64,000 nucleotides of DNA, taken from assembly GCA_028826165.1 (NCBI GenBank), contig JAPDFW010000076.1, positions 62,001 to 126,000 on the forward strand, in the 5' to 3' direction. Shown here piece after piece: positions 12,178 to 23,042 of this stretch. A program made the position numbers and the translations under genes. The notes beneath the pieces were generated by a model. That model saw only the letters and a program-made list of their open reading frames with translations, was not told where the DNA came from and searched no databases. The stretch is from Anaeramoeba ignava BMAN. Its lineage: Eukaryota; Protista; Anaeramoebae. How positions within the stretch are numbered: the stretch's first letter is position 1; each line of letters begins with the position of its first letter.

Positions 12178-12862
12178 TTAAATATTTTAATTTTTGATTT
12201 AAATATTTCAAAAAGGATCAAAAATTTAAAAGAATTTTCAAAAGTTTTTGCAATGTTTTAAACAATTTAAAAGAAATTTAAATTTTGAAACCAATAATTA
12301 ATAAATAGCAATAGAAAGGGAATTTGTTTATTAAATAAAGGAACATTAATTAAGTAATTTAATATAAAAATATTATTTAAATTAATTTTTAAAATTAATT
12401 ATATGTTTTAAATATATTTAAAATTATTTTAATTTTGAGAAATAAAATTAATAACTAATTTAATTTACTTTTTGCTTATTAAATTTAATGTCCATTTAAT
12501 ATAAACTATTATTTAAATTCAATTTTAAAATTGTTATGTTTAAAAATTTTAAAATTTATTTCCGAATTTTAAAATAAAATTGGTGCTAAATAATTTTATT
12601 TTATTTTTTTATTGTTTTAAGTGCTTTCCGTTTTTAATTTAATATAAAATAATATTTAAATTCATTTTTAAAATTAATTATGTCTTTAAATATATTTAAA
12701 ATTAATTTTTTTTGTAAAATAAACTTTTTGCTGTTATTGTTGTTATTTTTATTATTAATAAATTATTATTCCTACTTTTTCTTAATAATTTAATATTCTT
12801 TTTGATTTTATTTTAAATTTGGATTTTTGTTTTGTTATTTGTTTTTAAAATATTGTTTAAAT
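12178..12862 (-). pseudogene. Degenerate tandem copy of the 11530-12084 locus, interleaved with the adjacent ~144-bp satellite (possibly a consensus artefact)
   Basis: 12180-12350 matches 11468-11650, 12721-12860 matches 12017-12160, and short remnants (tgtccatt, ttggtgct, gtgct..ccgttttt) sit at the same ~690-700 bp offset. Confidence 0.65.
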
Positions 12863-12884
12863 AAAATGAATAAAAAAATGAAAT

Positions 12885-13865
12885 TTTTATTATTAAATTT
12901 AATAACTTTTATTTATAATTTAATATAAAATATTATTTAAATTAATTTTTAAAATTAATTATATGTTTTAAATATATTTAAAATTAATTTAAATTTTGAA
13001 AATAAAATTAATAAATTATTTTATTAATTTTTATTCTTAAATTTAATTACTTTTATTTATAATTTAATATAAAATATTATTTAAATTCATTTTTAAAATT
13101 AATTATATGTTTTAAATATATTTAAAATTAATTTAAATTTTGAAATAAAATTAATAAATAATTTAATTAATTTTTTTATTATTAAATTTAATTACTTTTT
13201 ATTTATAATTTTAATATAAAATATTATTTAAATTAATTTTTAAAATTAATTATATGTTTTAAAATATATTTAAAATTAATTTAAATTTTGAAATAAAATT
13301 AATAAATAATTTTATTAATTTTTTATTATTATTAAATTTAATTACTTTTTATTTATAATTTAATATAAAATATTATTTAAATTAATTTTTAAAATTAATT
13401 ATATGTTTTAAATATATTTAAAATTAATTTAAATTTTGAAATTTTGAAATAAAATTAATAAATAATTTTATTAATTTTTTATTATTAAATTTAATTACTT
13501 TTATTTATAATTTAATATAAAAATATTATTTAAATTAATTTTTAAAATTAATTATATGTTTTAAATATATTTAAAATTAATTTAAATTTTGAAATAAAAT
13601 TAATAAATAATTTTATTAATTTTTTTATTATTAAATTTAATTACTTTTATTTATAATTTAATATAAAATATTATTTAAATTAATTTTTAAAATTAATTAT
13701 ATGTTTTAAATATATTTAAAATTAATTTAAATTTTGAAATAAAATTAATAAAATTATTTATTAATTTTTTTATTATTAAATTTAATTACTTTTATTAATA
13801 ATTTAATATAAAATATTATTTAAATTCATTTTTAAAATTAATTATATGTTTTAAATATATTTAAA
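12885..13865. repeat. Near-pure AT tandem satellite, ~144-150-bp unit, about 7 copies
   Basis: The ATATGTTTT landmark recurs at about 12965, 13109, 13256, 13405, 13558, 13703 and 13848. Confidence 0.9.
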
Positions 13866-13893
13866 ACATTTTTAAAAGAGAAAAAAAAAAGAA

Positions 13894-14400
13894 TTATTTT
13901 TTATCAAAATCAAAATTGATTTCATTTTCATTCATTTCAATAATTGAATCATCTTTTTCAACATTTTCATTTGTTTTTTGAGTTTCTAAAACAGAGGTAT
14001 TTTGAGTATTATCTTTTTTGACAATAAATCTCTTTACAAAACCACATAAATTGCATCTTATAATAACATGAGTTTGTCTTAAATGTTGGATTCTCTGAGT
14101 CGAAGTTTTGCCTGGAATCAAAAGCGAATTGCAATTCTTACAGAATAACATTTTGACTTCAGGAGAAATTCTAATAACTTTTTTACGCGAGATTTGTTTC
14201 ATTTCTGAAATGTAGAAACGAGAAAGATTAAAATTATTTTCATCTTTTTTCAAACTTTTTTTCAAACTTTTTTTCGCCTTTTTTTTTGTTTTTGGTTGAA
14301 GAACTATATGTGATGCTTGCAAAAGAAAATTCATTCTAAGATAAGCATCACGATCTCTGATATTTTTTGGGTTAATTTCTTGATTTTGGTTTTTGTTCAT
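13894..14400 (-). CDS. RPP21: RNase P subunit Rpp21/Rpr2 family protein
   Basis: RMNFLLQAS, LSRFYISEMKQISRK, and a zinc ribbon FCKNCNSLLIPG...CNLCG. Likely ATG at 14400; the ORF-track extension upstream is the TCATTTT promoter repeat. Confidence 0.92.
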   Translation of the reverse strand: MNKNQNQEINPKNIRDRDAYLRMNFLLQASHIVLQPKTKKKAKKSLKKSLKKDENNFNLSRFYISEMKQISRKKVIRISPEVKMLFCKNCNSLLIPGKTSTQRIQHLRQTHVIIRCNLCGFVKRFIVKKDNTQNTSVLETQKTNENVEKDDSIIEMNENEINFDFDKK

Positions 14401-14638
14401 ATTATAAAGAAAAAAAATAAAATGAAAAAAATGAAAAAAATGAAAAAAATGAAACAATTTTTTTTGTTCCACTTTTTCTTTTTCTTTTTCTTTTTATTTT
14501 TATTTTTCTTTTTATTTTTCTTTTTCTTTTTCTTTTTATTTTTATTTTTATTTTTAAAAATCAAACGTTTTAATTAAACAAATTTAAATCAAAATGAAAA
14601 TCAAAATGAAAATCAAAATTTCAACAAAAAAAAAAGAA

Positions 14639-15892
14639 TCAATTTGTTTTTGATGGATTTCGAACATAAATCATTAAACCATGTTTATGGTTTGTTGCAT
14701 TAACAAGTTCGAGTCTCCTTTGGAAAAAAGCAGCTAAACCACGCCTTGTATTTCTGTATTCCTTTGATTTAACCTTCTTAGCATTATTACTAGTTTTTTC
14801 GCTTTGTATCTGACTTTTTTTGCCTTGGACACGGAGAATCAAGTCGATGACTTTCTCGCTGATTTCGACTCTTTCTGGAGGAATACCTGAAGCAAGATAG
14901 TTTTCATAAGTTGTTGGTGTCCAACCGCGGATCAAGTCCGGAAAATATTGCGCCACTTTATCCAGTCTGGATCCAATTTTTGGCGGCGGGTGTCGGGTAA
15001 GAAAGTTTTGGAATTCTTCGAAAGCATTTAGGTCAATGCCTTCCATGTCGCTAAGGTCTTGGTTGTCGAAAACCTCAGGCTCAATATCATCATCCACTTT
15101 CCGTTTTCTTCTTTTGCCCCCTTTTGAAAAATTTTTGCTTTTTTTCGACTTTTTTTTGTTTCCATTTTTGGATTGATTTTTTTCGCGTTCTCCGTATTCA
15201 AATCCTTCATAGTTCTCGAAATCATAGTTCTCATAGTTCTCATATGAATTGTACTGCTCGTAATTACTATATTCATAATTTTCATTCGCATAGAAATCAT
15301 TATTGGATAGAATATTTTGTTCTTGATCATTGCCGTTATAATCATCCTCGTCCTCATTCGCGATTGTAAGCTCGTCGCTATTCTCCGAATCTTGGTCTGA
15401 AGTTATTTGATTTTTATTTTTCATTTTTCTTTTATTTTTGGCAGATTTGTCTTTTGCCTGCATAAATGGTTTTCGTTGATTTTGATCAGTTGAAGTGTTT
15501 TTTGATCGTAACAACCTTGTTGATTTTTGCTGTTGAGCAAAGTTCAATGGATGAATTCTCATCTCGAGACTGACAGGAAGATATCCTTGTTGGTTTAAGA
15601 AATCGTTCTCTTTAAAATGATTATTTTGGTTAATTGAAAATTGGTCATAAAATTCCTTTTGCGGATCCAATTTGTTGTCTAATGGCGCAAAGTTGAACAC
15701 ATATTCTCTGTCTGAAACGGAAATACTCTCGATTTTCTCGTGCTCTTCTTGCGAATAGAGTTGGTAATGGAAATCACTAAATTGAGGTGTTATCCATTCT
15801 TGTGTTTCTTTTATTAATTCTTTTTTAAATCCTTTTGTTGGCTTTTTGAATATATTTTCTATTTCTGTGAAATTTACTGATATTTGTGTCAT
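14639..15892 (-). CDS. Orphan, probably nuclear protein: acidic/Tyr-rich region, basic NLS-like motif (KRRKRK) and a conserved C-terminal domain (paralogue of 3382-4920)
   Basis: 417-aa intronless ORF. The C-terminal domain KIGSRLDKVAQYFPDLIRGWTPTTYENY... aligns with the 3382-4920 product. Confidence 0.85.
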   Translation of the reverse strand: MTQISVNFTEIENIFKKPTKGFKKELIKETQEWITPQFSDFHYQLYSQEEHEKIESISVSDREYVFNFAPLDNKLDPQKEFYDQFSINQNNHFKENDFLNQQGYLPVSLEMRIHPLNFAQQQKSTRLLRSKNTSTDQNQRKPFMQAKDKSAKNKRKMKNKNQITSDQDSENSDELTIANEDEDDYNGNDQEQNILSNNDFYANENYEYSNYEQYNSYENYENYDFENYEGFEYGEREKNQSKNGNKKKSKKSKNFSKGGKRRKRKVDDDIEPEVFDNQDLSDMEGIDLNAFEEFQNFLTRHPPPKIGSRLDKVAQYFPDLIRGWTPTTYENYLASGIPPERVEISEKVIDLILRVQGKKSQIQSEKTSNNAKKVKSKEYRNTRRGLAAFFQRRLELVNATNHKHGLMIYVRNPSKTN

Positions 15893-16829
15893 TATTTAAT
15901 TATTTTTATAATTGAATTTTTCGACTTTTGAATTGTTAAAAGGTATTTTTAAATAATTTTTAAATAATTTTTAAATAATTTTTAAATAAAAAATAAAACA
16001 AAAACAAAAAAAAAAAAAAACTGGAACAAAAAAAGTTATTTAAAAAAATAATAATAAAAAAAAGAAAAAAATGATTAATTTATTTATTAATTTATTTATT
16101 TTTTAAATTTTTTAAATTAAAAAATTTTTTTTTTTTCAATTTAAAACAAAAGCAAAAAATTTTTTTTTTATTTTAATTCTTTTATTAAATTTTTTAACTT
16201 TGTTTCCCTTTAATTTTTCTTTATAGCCCTTTTTTCAAAAGAAATAATGATCAAAAATTTTCAATTTATTAATTCATTAAAGAAAATTTTAAATAAAAAA
16301 AAAAAAAGAACAAACAAAAGATCAAAAAAAAATTTTCTTTTTTTTTTAATTTAAATTATATTAAAATAAAAAGAAGAACAATAAACTTTACAATAATTTC
16401 CTTTTTCTAGAATTAATTCTTGTTTCAAATTTTCTAAAATTAATTTAATTTATAATCCTTTTTTTTTTTTCCGTTTTTAAAGGGTTTTTTTTTATTTAAA
16501 TAAATTCTTTTCAAAAAGATCAATCCTTTTTTTTTCAAATTTAAATTATAAATTCATTTATAAATTCAATTATAAATTCAACTTTTAAAATTCAAATTTA
16601 AAAATCCTAAGTGTATAATCTATCTTTATTTTTACAAAAAAAAATAATCAAAATAACTCCCCATTTTGATCATTGTTTAATAAAAAATTATTAAATAAAT
16701 TAATTCAAAAATAATAATAAATTCAAAATCAATTATTTTTGAAGAAATTTAATTTAAAAATCTTTAAGTGTTTAATCTTTAATTATTCAAAAAAAAAAAA
16801 CAATTGAAATAATTTGTCATTCTGATCAG

Positions 16830-19800
16830 TGTTTATAAATTAAATATTTACAAATCAAATATTATTTATAAATTAAAAATATTATTTATAAATCAATTAT
16901 TTTTAAATCAAATCAAATATTATTTTCAAATATTATTTATAAATTAAATATTATTTATAAATTAAATATTATTTATAAATTAAATATTATTTATAAATCA
17001 AATATTATTTATAAATCAATTATTTTATAAATCAAATATTTTTATAAATCAAATTATTTTTCAAATATTATTTATAAATCAAATATTATTTTATAAATTA
17101 AATATTTTTATAAATCAAATATTATTTATAAATCAATTATTTATAAATCAAATATTATTTATAAATCAATTATTTTTATAAATCAATTATTTTTTTAAAT
17201 CAAATATTATTTATAAATCAAATATTTTATAAATCAAATATTATTTATAAATTAAATATTATTTATAAATCAATTATTTTTTATAAATTTTTATAAATCA
17301 ATTAATATTATTTATAAATCAATTATTTTATAAATCAAATATTATTTTATAAATCAAATATTATTTATAAATCAAATATTATTTTTATAAATCAAATATT
17401 ATTTATAAATCAATTATTATTTATAAATCAAATATTATTTATAAATCAAATATTATTTATAAATCAATTATTATTTATAAATCAAATTAAATATTTTTAA
17501 ATCAAATTAAATATTTTTATAAATCAATTATTTTTATAAATCAAAAATATAAATCAAATTATTTATAATTTATAAATCAAATATTATTTTATAAATCAAA
17601 TATTATTTTAAACATAAATCAAATATTTTATAAATCAAATATTTTTATTATTTATAAATCAATTATTCAAAAATTTTATAAATCAAATATTTTTATAAAT
17701 CAAATATTTTTATAAATATTTTTATAAATCAAATATTATTTTTATAAATCAATTATTTATAAATCAATTATTTTTATAAATCAAATATTTATAAATCAAA
17801 TATTATTTTATAAATCAAATATTTTTATAAATCAAATATTTTTATAAATTATTTTTATAAATCAATTATTTTTTTATAAATCAAATATTATTTATAAATC
17901 AAATAAATAAATCAAATCTATTATTTTTATAAATCAAATATTTTTATAAATCAAATATTTTATAAATCAATTATTTTTATAAATCAAATCAATTATTTTT
18001 ATAAATCAAATATTATTTATAAATATAAATCAAATATTTTTATAAAAATTTACAAAATTAAAATATTTTATAAATCAATTATTTTTATAAATCAATCTTT
18101 ATTATTTTTATAAATCAAAATAATAAATTATTTATAAATCAAAATTATTTATAAATTATTTTTATAAATCAAATATTATTTATAAATCAATTATTTATAA
18201 ATCAAATATTTTTATAAATCAAATTTTTATAAATTAAATATTTATAAATTTAAAATCAAAAAAATTTATAAATCAAATATTTTTATAAATCAAATATTTT
18301 AATAAATATTAATAAATTAAATATTTTTATAAATCAATTATTTTTATAAATCAAATATTATTTATAAATCAAATATTATTTATAAATCAAATATTATTTA
18401 TAAATCAAATATCAAATATTTTTATAAATCAAATATTATTTATAAATTAAATATTATTTATAAATCAATTATTATTTATAAATCAAATATTATTTATAAA
18501 TCAATTATTTTTATAAAATTAAAAATATTTATAAATTAAATATTTTTATAAATTAAATATTTTTATAAATTAAATATTTTTATAAATCAAATATTTTTAT
18601 AAATCAAATATTATTTATAAATTAAATATTTTTATAAATCAAATATTATTTATAAATCAAATATTTTTATAAATCAATTATTTTTATAAATCAAATATTA
18701 TTTATAAATTAAATATTTTTATAAATTAAATATGTTTATAATTAATTATTATTTATAAATTAAATATTTTTATAAATCAAATATTATTTATAAATCAAAT
18801 ATTTTTATAAATCAATTATTATTTATAAATCAAATATTATTTATAAATCAAATATTTTTATAAATCAAATATTATTTATAAATTAATTATTATTTATAAA
18901 TTAAATATTATTTATAAATCAAATATTTTATAAATCAAATTATTTATAAATTTTTTATAAATCAAATATTTTTATAAATCAAATATTTTTATAAATCAAA
19001 TATTTTATAAATCAATTATTTTTATAAATCAATTATTTTATAAATCAATTATTATTTATAAATCAAATATTATTTATAAATCAAATATTTTTATAAATCA
19101 ATTATTATAAATTTATTAAATAAATATTTTTATAAATCAAAAATTTTTATAAATCAAATATTATTTATAAATCAAATTATTATTTTTATAAATCAATTAT
19201 TATTTATAAATCAAATATTATTTATAAATCAAATATTATTCAAATTTATAAATCAAATATTATTTATAAATCAAATATTATTTTATAAATCAAATATTTT
19301 TATAAATTCTTTATAAATCAATTATTTTTATAAATCAAATATTTTTATAAATCAATTATTTTTTATAAATTAAATATTTTTATAAATCAAATATTATTTA
19401 TAAATCAATTATTTTTATAAATCAAATATTTATAAATCAAATATTTTATAAATCAAATATTTTTATAAATAATTATTTTTATAAATCAAATATTATTTAT
19501 AAATTAAATATTATTTATAAATCAAATATTATTTATAAATCAAATATTTTTATAAATCAAATATTATTTATAAATCAAATATTTTTATAAATCAAATATT
19601 TTTATAAATCAATTATTTTTATAAATCAATTATTTCAAATCAAATATTTTTATAAATCAAATATTATTTATAAATTAAATATTTTTATAAATCAAATATT
19701 ATTTATAAATCAATTATTTTTATAAATCAAATATTATTTATAAATCAATTATTTTTATAAATCAATTATTTTTATAAATCAAATATTATTTATAAATCAA

Positions 19801-20416
19801 ATATTTTTTATAAATCAAATATTATTTATAAATCAAATATTATTTATAAATTAAATATTATTTATAAATCAAATATTATTTATAAATCAATTACTTTCCA
19901 AATCAAATATTTTTATAAATCAAATATTATTTATAAATCAAATATTTTATAAATTAAATATTATTTATAAATCAAATATTATTTATAAATCAATTACTTT
20001 CCAAATTAATTATTTTAAATCAATTATTTTTATAAATCAAATATTATTTATAAATCAATTATTATTTATAAATCAATTATTATTTATAAATCAAATATTA
20101 TTTATAAATCAATTATTTATAAATCAAATATTTTTATAAATCAATTATTTATAAATCAAATATTATTTATAAATTAAATATTATTTATAAATCAAATATT
20201 ATTTATAAATCAAATATTTTTATAAATCAATTATTTATAAATCAAATATTAATTATAAATCAAATATTTTTATAAATCAAATATTATTTATAAATTAAAT
20301 ATTATTTATAAATCAAATATTTTTATAAATCAAATATTATTTATAAATCAAATATTTTTTATAAATCAATTATTTTTATAAATTAATTATTGTTTATAAA
20401 TCAAATATTTTTATAA
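16830..20416. repeat. Degenerate 18-21-bp satellite TTTATAAATCAAATATT(A)TT, about 3.6 kb
   Basis: Direct reading of the sequence; palindromic TTTATAAA core. Confidence 0.93.
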
Positions 20417-20465
20417 AAAAATAAAAAAAATTTAAATTGAAAAATTCATTTTTTTCTTTTTCAAA

Positions 20466-22552
20466 ATGAGTTTTTTGGTTAATTTGAAAGAATCTAAACT
20501 AGAAACTATATTCCATTTAATTAATATTGTAAATAAATCTAAAAAGAAATTTAGCCAATTTTTTTAAAATATTAACTAATAACAACATTAAAAAAAATTA
20601 AGTTTGCATGGATACTTCAAATTGCAGGACTTGGTTCGTTAATTTATAACAAAATTTATAACTAAATTTATAACTAAATTTATAACAAAATTTATAACAA
20701 AATTTATAACTAAATTTATAACTAAATTTATAACTAAATTTATAACTAAATTTATAACAAAATTTATAACAAAATTTATAACAAAATTTATAACTAAATT
20801 TATAACTAAATTTATAACAAAATTTATAACTAAATTTATATCTAAATTTATATTAAAATTTATATTAAAATTTATAACTAAATTTATATCTAAATTTATA
20901 ACTAAATTTATAACTAAATTTATAACAAAATTTATAACTAAATTTATAACAAAAATTTATAACTAAATTTATAACAAAATTTATAACAAAATTTATAACA
21001 AAATTTATAACTAAATTTATAACTAAATTTATAACTAAATTTATAACTAAATTTATAAAATTTATAATAAATTTTATAAAAATTTTATAACAAAATTTAT
21101 AACTAAAATTTATAACTGAATTTATATCTAAATTTATAACTAAATTTATAACTAAATTTATAACTAAAATTTATAACTAAATTTATAACAAAATTTATAA
21201 CAAAATTTATAACAAAATTTATAACTAAATTTATAACTAAAATTTATAACAAAATTTATATCTTTAAATTTATATTAAAATTTATATTAAATTTATAACT
21301 AAATTTATTAAAATTGATATTAAAAATTTATATTAAAATTGATATTAAAATTGATTTTAAAATTTATTATTAAAATTTATATTAAAAATTTATATTAAAA
21401 TTTATATTAAAATTTATATTAAAATTTATAATATTTATATTAAAATTTATAACAAAATTTATAACTTAATTTATATCTAAATTTATAATTAAATTTATAT
21501 TAAAATTTATATTAAAATTTATTATTAAAATTTATATCTAAATTTATAATTAAATTTATAACAAAATTTATAACAAAATTTATAACTAAATTTATAACAA
21601 AATTTATAACTAAATTTATAACAAAAATTTATAACTAAATTTATAACTTAATTTATATAACAAAATTTATAACAAAATTTATAACTTAATTTATATCTAA
21701 ATTTATAACTTAATTTATATCTAAATTTATATCTAAATTTATATTAAAATTGATATTAAAATTGATATTAAAATTGATATTAAAATTGATATTAAAATCT
21801 ATATTAAAATTTATATTAAAATTTATATTAAAATTTATATTAAAATTTATATTAAAATTTATATTAAAATTTATTATTAATATTTATATTAAAATTGATA
21901 TTAAAATTGATGTTAAAATTGATATTAAAATTTATATTAAAATTTATTATTAAAATTGATGTTAAAATTTATATTAAAATTTATTATTAATATTGATATT
22001 AAAATATAGGAAGCCTTGGAACTTCAATCACCAAAAATTTAGTTTTATATATTTTTGTCTCAATCTTCGCTTTTTTAGCATCAATCATAATGATTGTCAT
22101 TATTGGATTATCAAACATAACCCACGAAGCACTTCACATTTTCAACTTTGTTTCAGCAATGATAATTGCAATTTCTTTAATTGGAGCAAATAACGTTTAC
22201 AGCAGTTATTGTTTATCTGCTGAAAAATGTCATAATTCTACAAAAGTTTATGTTTCTGGTGTTTCTATTTCTGTTTGCGCACTCGTAATTATTTTCACTT
22301 AAAATTTTAATTCAAAAAAAAAAAATGAAATCGGATAAAAATTTCTCTTTAAAATTTTTTTAGATCACTTTGTTCTTCTTAAATTCCCAAAAAGATATTT
22401 TTGAAAATCCTAATTCTTCTGATTCAATTTCTCGTGATTTTTATGTTGAACAAAACGATAATAATCAAAATCAAGAACCCAGATTTCAAATTGATTCCAA
22501 ATCAGAAACAACATCAGAAAAATCTGATGAAAGTACAGAAGATTCAAATTAA
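20466..22552 (+). CDS. Small four-TM membrane protein with an acidic cytoplasmic tail; exons 20466-20528, 20603-20633, 22010-22284, 22364-22552
   Basis: Phase-consistent GT-AG introns join the ORF fragments into four hydrophobic helices with a two-Cys loop (YCLSAEKC). A branch-like ACTAAT lies in intron 1. Confidence 0.75.
20641..22003 (+). repeat. 12-bp satellite AAATTTATAAC(A/T) / AAAATTTATATT inside intron 2 of the four-TM gene
   Basis: Direct reading of the sequence. Confidence 0.9.
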
Positions 22553-22671
22553 TTGCTATTATTTTCTTTCTTTCCTAATTTTCCTTCTTTTTTATTTTTA
22601 AAGAAAAAAATTTCATTTTTCATTTTTCATTTTTCATTTTTTTTTAAAGCTTTTTTTTTTAAGAATAAAAA

Positions 22672-23016
22672 ATGGAAAATAATTTACAAAAAAAACAAAT
22701 TGTTTCTAATTTACAAAAAAATGGGATTTTAGATGAAATTAAAGCAGAAATGTCGTTTAAAATTGCAGAAATTTATTTGGGAAACTCTTCTAAAAATATT
22801 AAAATGTGGAATCAAAACAAAACCCAATGTTTATGGATTATTAGAGATTTTCTTGAAAAAAATTCCCTTTTAAAAACAATGAAAATTCTTGATTTAGAGG
22901 CTCAACTTCAATCCTTTTTACTTACTGAAGAAAAATCAGAAGAAAAATCAGATTTAGAAAAAATAATCAATCAAATCAATCAAATCAATGAAAATGATGA
23001 ATTTTTTGAAAAATAA
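22672..23016 (+). CDS. FOR20/FOPNL (CEP20)/FOP-like TOF-LisH domain protein
   Basis: LQKNGILDEIKAEM followed by a LisH-like IIRDFLEKNSLLKTMKILDLEA, the N-terminal signature of the FOP/FOR20/OFD1/TON1 family; small size (114 aa). Confidence 0.75.
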   Translation: MENNLQKKQIVSNLQKNGILDEIKAEMSFKIAEIYLGNSSKNIKMWNQNKTQCLWIIRDFLEKNSLLKTMKILDLEAQLQSFLLTEEKSEEKSDLEKIINQINQINENDEFFEK

Positions 23017-23042
23017 TTGATTGTTTTGTGTTTTTTTTTTTT

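Noticed and set aside
15900-16830. Possible gene or ncRNA in the long spacer upstream of the 14639-15892 gene
   Set aside because: Only poly-A/T tracts and a short imperfect duplication (TAAGTGT.TAATCT at ~16608 and ~16764); no ORF or structured-RNA signal I can support.
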